IMG/VR virus record: IMGVR_UViG_2778261065_000005
DNA length: 9,356 bases
Strand: one strand, 5' to 3'
Origin: a virus
Lineage: Duplodnaviria > Heunggongvirae > Uroviricota > Caudoviricetes
Below are positions 8,161 to 9,356 of the stretch, in pieces (within the stretch, counting starts at the first letter, position 1; each line of letters opens with the position of its first letter). A model generated the notes under the pieces. The model was not told the DNA's origin. It worked only from the letters and a program-made list of their open reading frames with translations, and did not search any database. A program made the position numbers and the translations under genes.

Positions 8161-9356
8161 CAGAATCCCCCAACAGTAAGGCGAGGAATAACGGCAAGAA
8201 CAGACAGCGGCAACGGATCAAGCTGACGGATTTTTACACGTCCGTTTTTGCCCCAGTTACTGTCCAGTTTCACTTCTACTTTTCCGGTAGCATCATCAAC
8301 AGGATCATCGTAGAACTCGAATTCACGCTGTGGATATTCGTACCATTTACCGCCGGGCGTAGTCGCCCAGATGCCGCGGCTGGCATTCACAACCAGAGTA
8401 ACGGATGGGATCACCTGTTTTTTGTCCAGCAGCGTTTCCTGTCCGTTAATGTTGATATCCAGTGTTTCGAATTCAGCAGTTATTGGCAGGCCGATGTGCA
8501 CTACAGCCCCCGGAGATTCCAGCGTGACGGCACCTCCGGAAACCACTTTCTGTGGTTCCACGTTCGCATCAGAGAGAATGTTTACGGTCTGGCCTTCAAG
8601 ATGAGACAGGCCTCCAAATGTCCGGCGCGCCATCTGCCAGTTCGTGGTGGCCACATTCCTGAGGGATGGCGGGACGTTCCTGTTAGCACGAACCACTACA
8701 GCGGTATTGCTGGTTACAGAAATAATGTCGCAACGTAATTCTTTTGACACTTCATCGCCAGTATCAGGATCAGTTCCGGTATAAGGGAATTGTAGTTGCG
8801 CACCGACATCACTACTGGTGAAGTACGCACCACCAGAAATACTGATTGTATATTCCACGCGGTAATCCCATTCACCAGAACCACCAGTGATGGTCATCGT
8901 TCTGTCAGACGTATTTCTTCCATCATAGCTAAGGCCAGAATCAACAAAGAAAGCATCTTCATCGCTGGTAAATAAACGGCTGGACAGCCGCTCGATGTAT
9001 CTCACTGTTTGCCCGTTAACGGTTCGGTTAACGACGAAATACACCGCATCTTCATTTCCTTCGCTGATACTGCATGTGCTTTCATATTTTCCGGTACTGG
9101 ACTGTGGTGCCCATGCAAAAACCTGTTGATCACGCAAATAGGTCATCACCAGTAATTTACCGTCATCACGAATGCAGAAGGCGCTGGAGTAAGGGACAAT
9201 AGAGAAGCACCAGTCAACAATGCTGTGCTTCTGAAAAAGATGATTGGCAAGGATAGTAAGGTCGTTCCCCTGATAGCCGTCAACATCGAATGAGTAGATA
9301 CTGTTATGGCCTGCAAGTTTTTTTCTACCCTGGTTTCCCAGATTGCAGGCATGCCA
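8160..9356 (-). CDS. Phage virion structural protein, partial (5' end lies beyond the window; at least 398 codons here). Possibly a tail hub/nozzle-type protein by position.
   Basis: The frame of the listed 329-aa ORF (8160..9149) stays open with no stop codon up to the window edge at 9356, and reads as ordinary protein (WHACNLGNQGRKKLAGHNSIYSFDVDGYQGNDLTILANHLFQKHSIVDW...). The track ORF begins at GTG 9149 only because there is no start codon further upstream inside the window. Stop TGA at 8160-8162 overlaps the next ATG (TGATG). Product is a guess from position immediately upstream of the core-protein genes. Confidence 0.7.
   Translation of the reverse strand, partial: WHACNLGNQGRKKLAGHNSIYSFDVDGYQGNDLTILANHLFQKHSIVDWCFSIVPYSSAFCIRDDGKLLVMTYLRDQQVFAWAPQSSTGKYESTCSISEGNEDAVYFVVNRTVNGQTVRYIERLSSRLFTSDEDAFFVDSGLSYDGRNTSDRTMTITGGSGEWDYRVEYTISISGGAYFTSSDVGAQLQFPYTGTDPDTGDEVSKELRCDIISVTSNTAVVVRANRNVPPSLRNVATTNWQMARRTFGGLSHLEGQTVNILSDANVEPQKVVSGGAVTLESPGAVVHIGLPITAEFETLDININGQETLLDKKQVIPSVTLVVNASRGIWATTPGGKWYEYPQREFEFYDDPVDDATGKVEVKLDSNWGKNGRVKIRQLDPLPLSVLAVIPRLTVGGF

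Noticed and set aside
9146-9352. 68-aa minus-strand ORF at the right edge
   Set aside because: It is in a different frame from the fully open frame of the adjacent gene, and its S/T/L-rich sequence looks like an out-of-frame translation. The other frame is preferred.

Overview
The window is almost entirely one tightly packed, co-directional operon on the minus strand: six consecutive protein-coding genes (one running off the right edge) with overlapping stop/start codons, ending in an intrinsic terminator near position 161-188. By size, order and composition the genes look like the internal-virion (core/DNA-ejection) module of a short-tailed phage (T7-type or epsilon15-type podovirus), probably a prophage or phage genome from an enterobacterial host, judging by codon usage. 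None of this is verified by homology search; product names are inferred from composition and gene order only. The most interesting items are: an unlisted 46-codon hydrophobic ORF between the last large gene and the terminator; a 20-bp perfect palindrome at 10-29; and a distinctive motif block inside the 837-aa protein. I saw no tRNA, rRNA, CRISPR array, IS element or integrase. I cannot point to a clearly novel system; this reads as a phage structural region with a few under-explained details.
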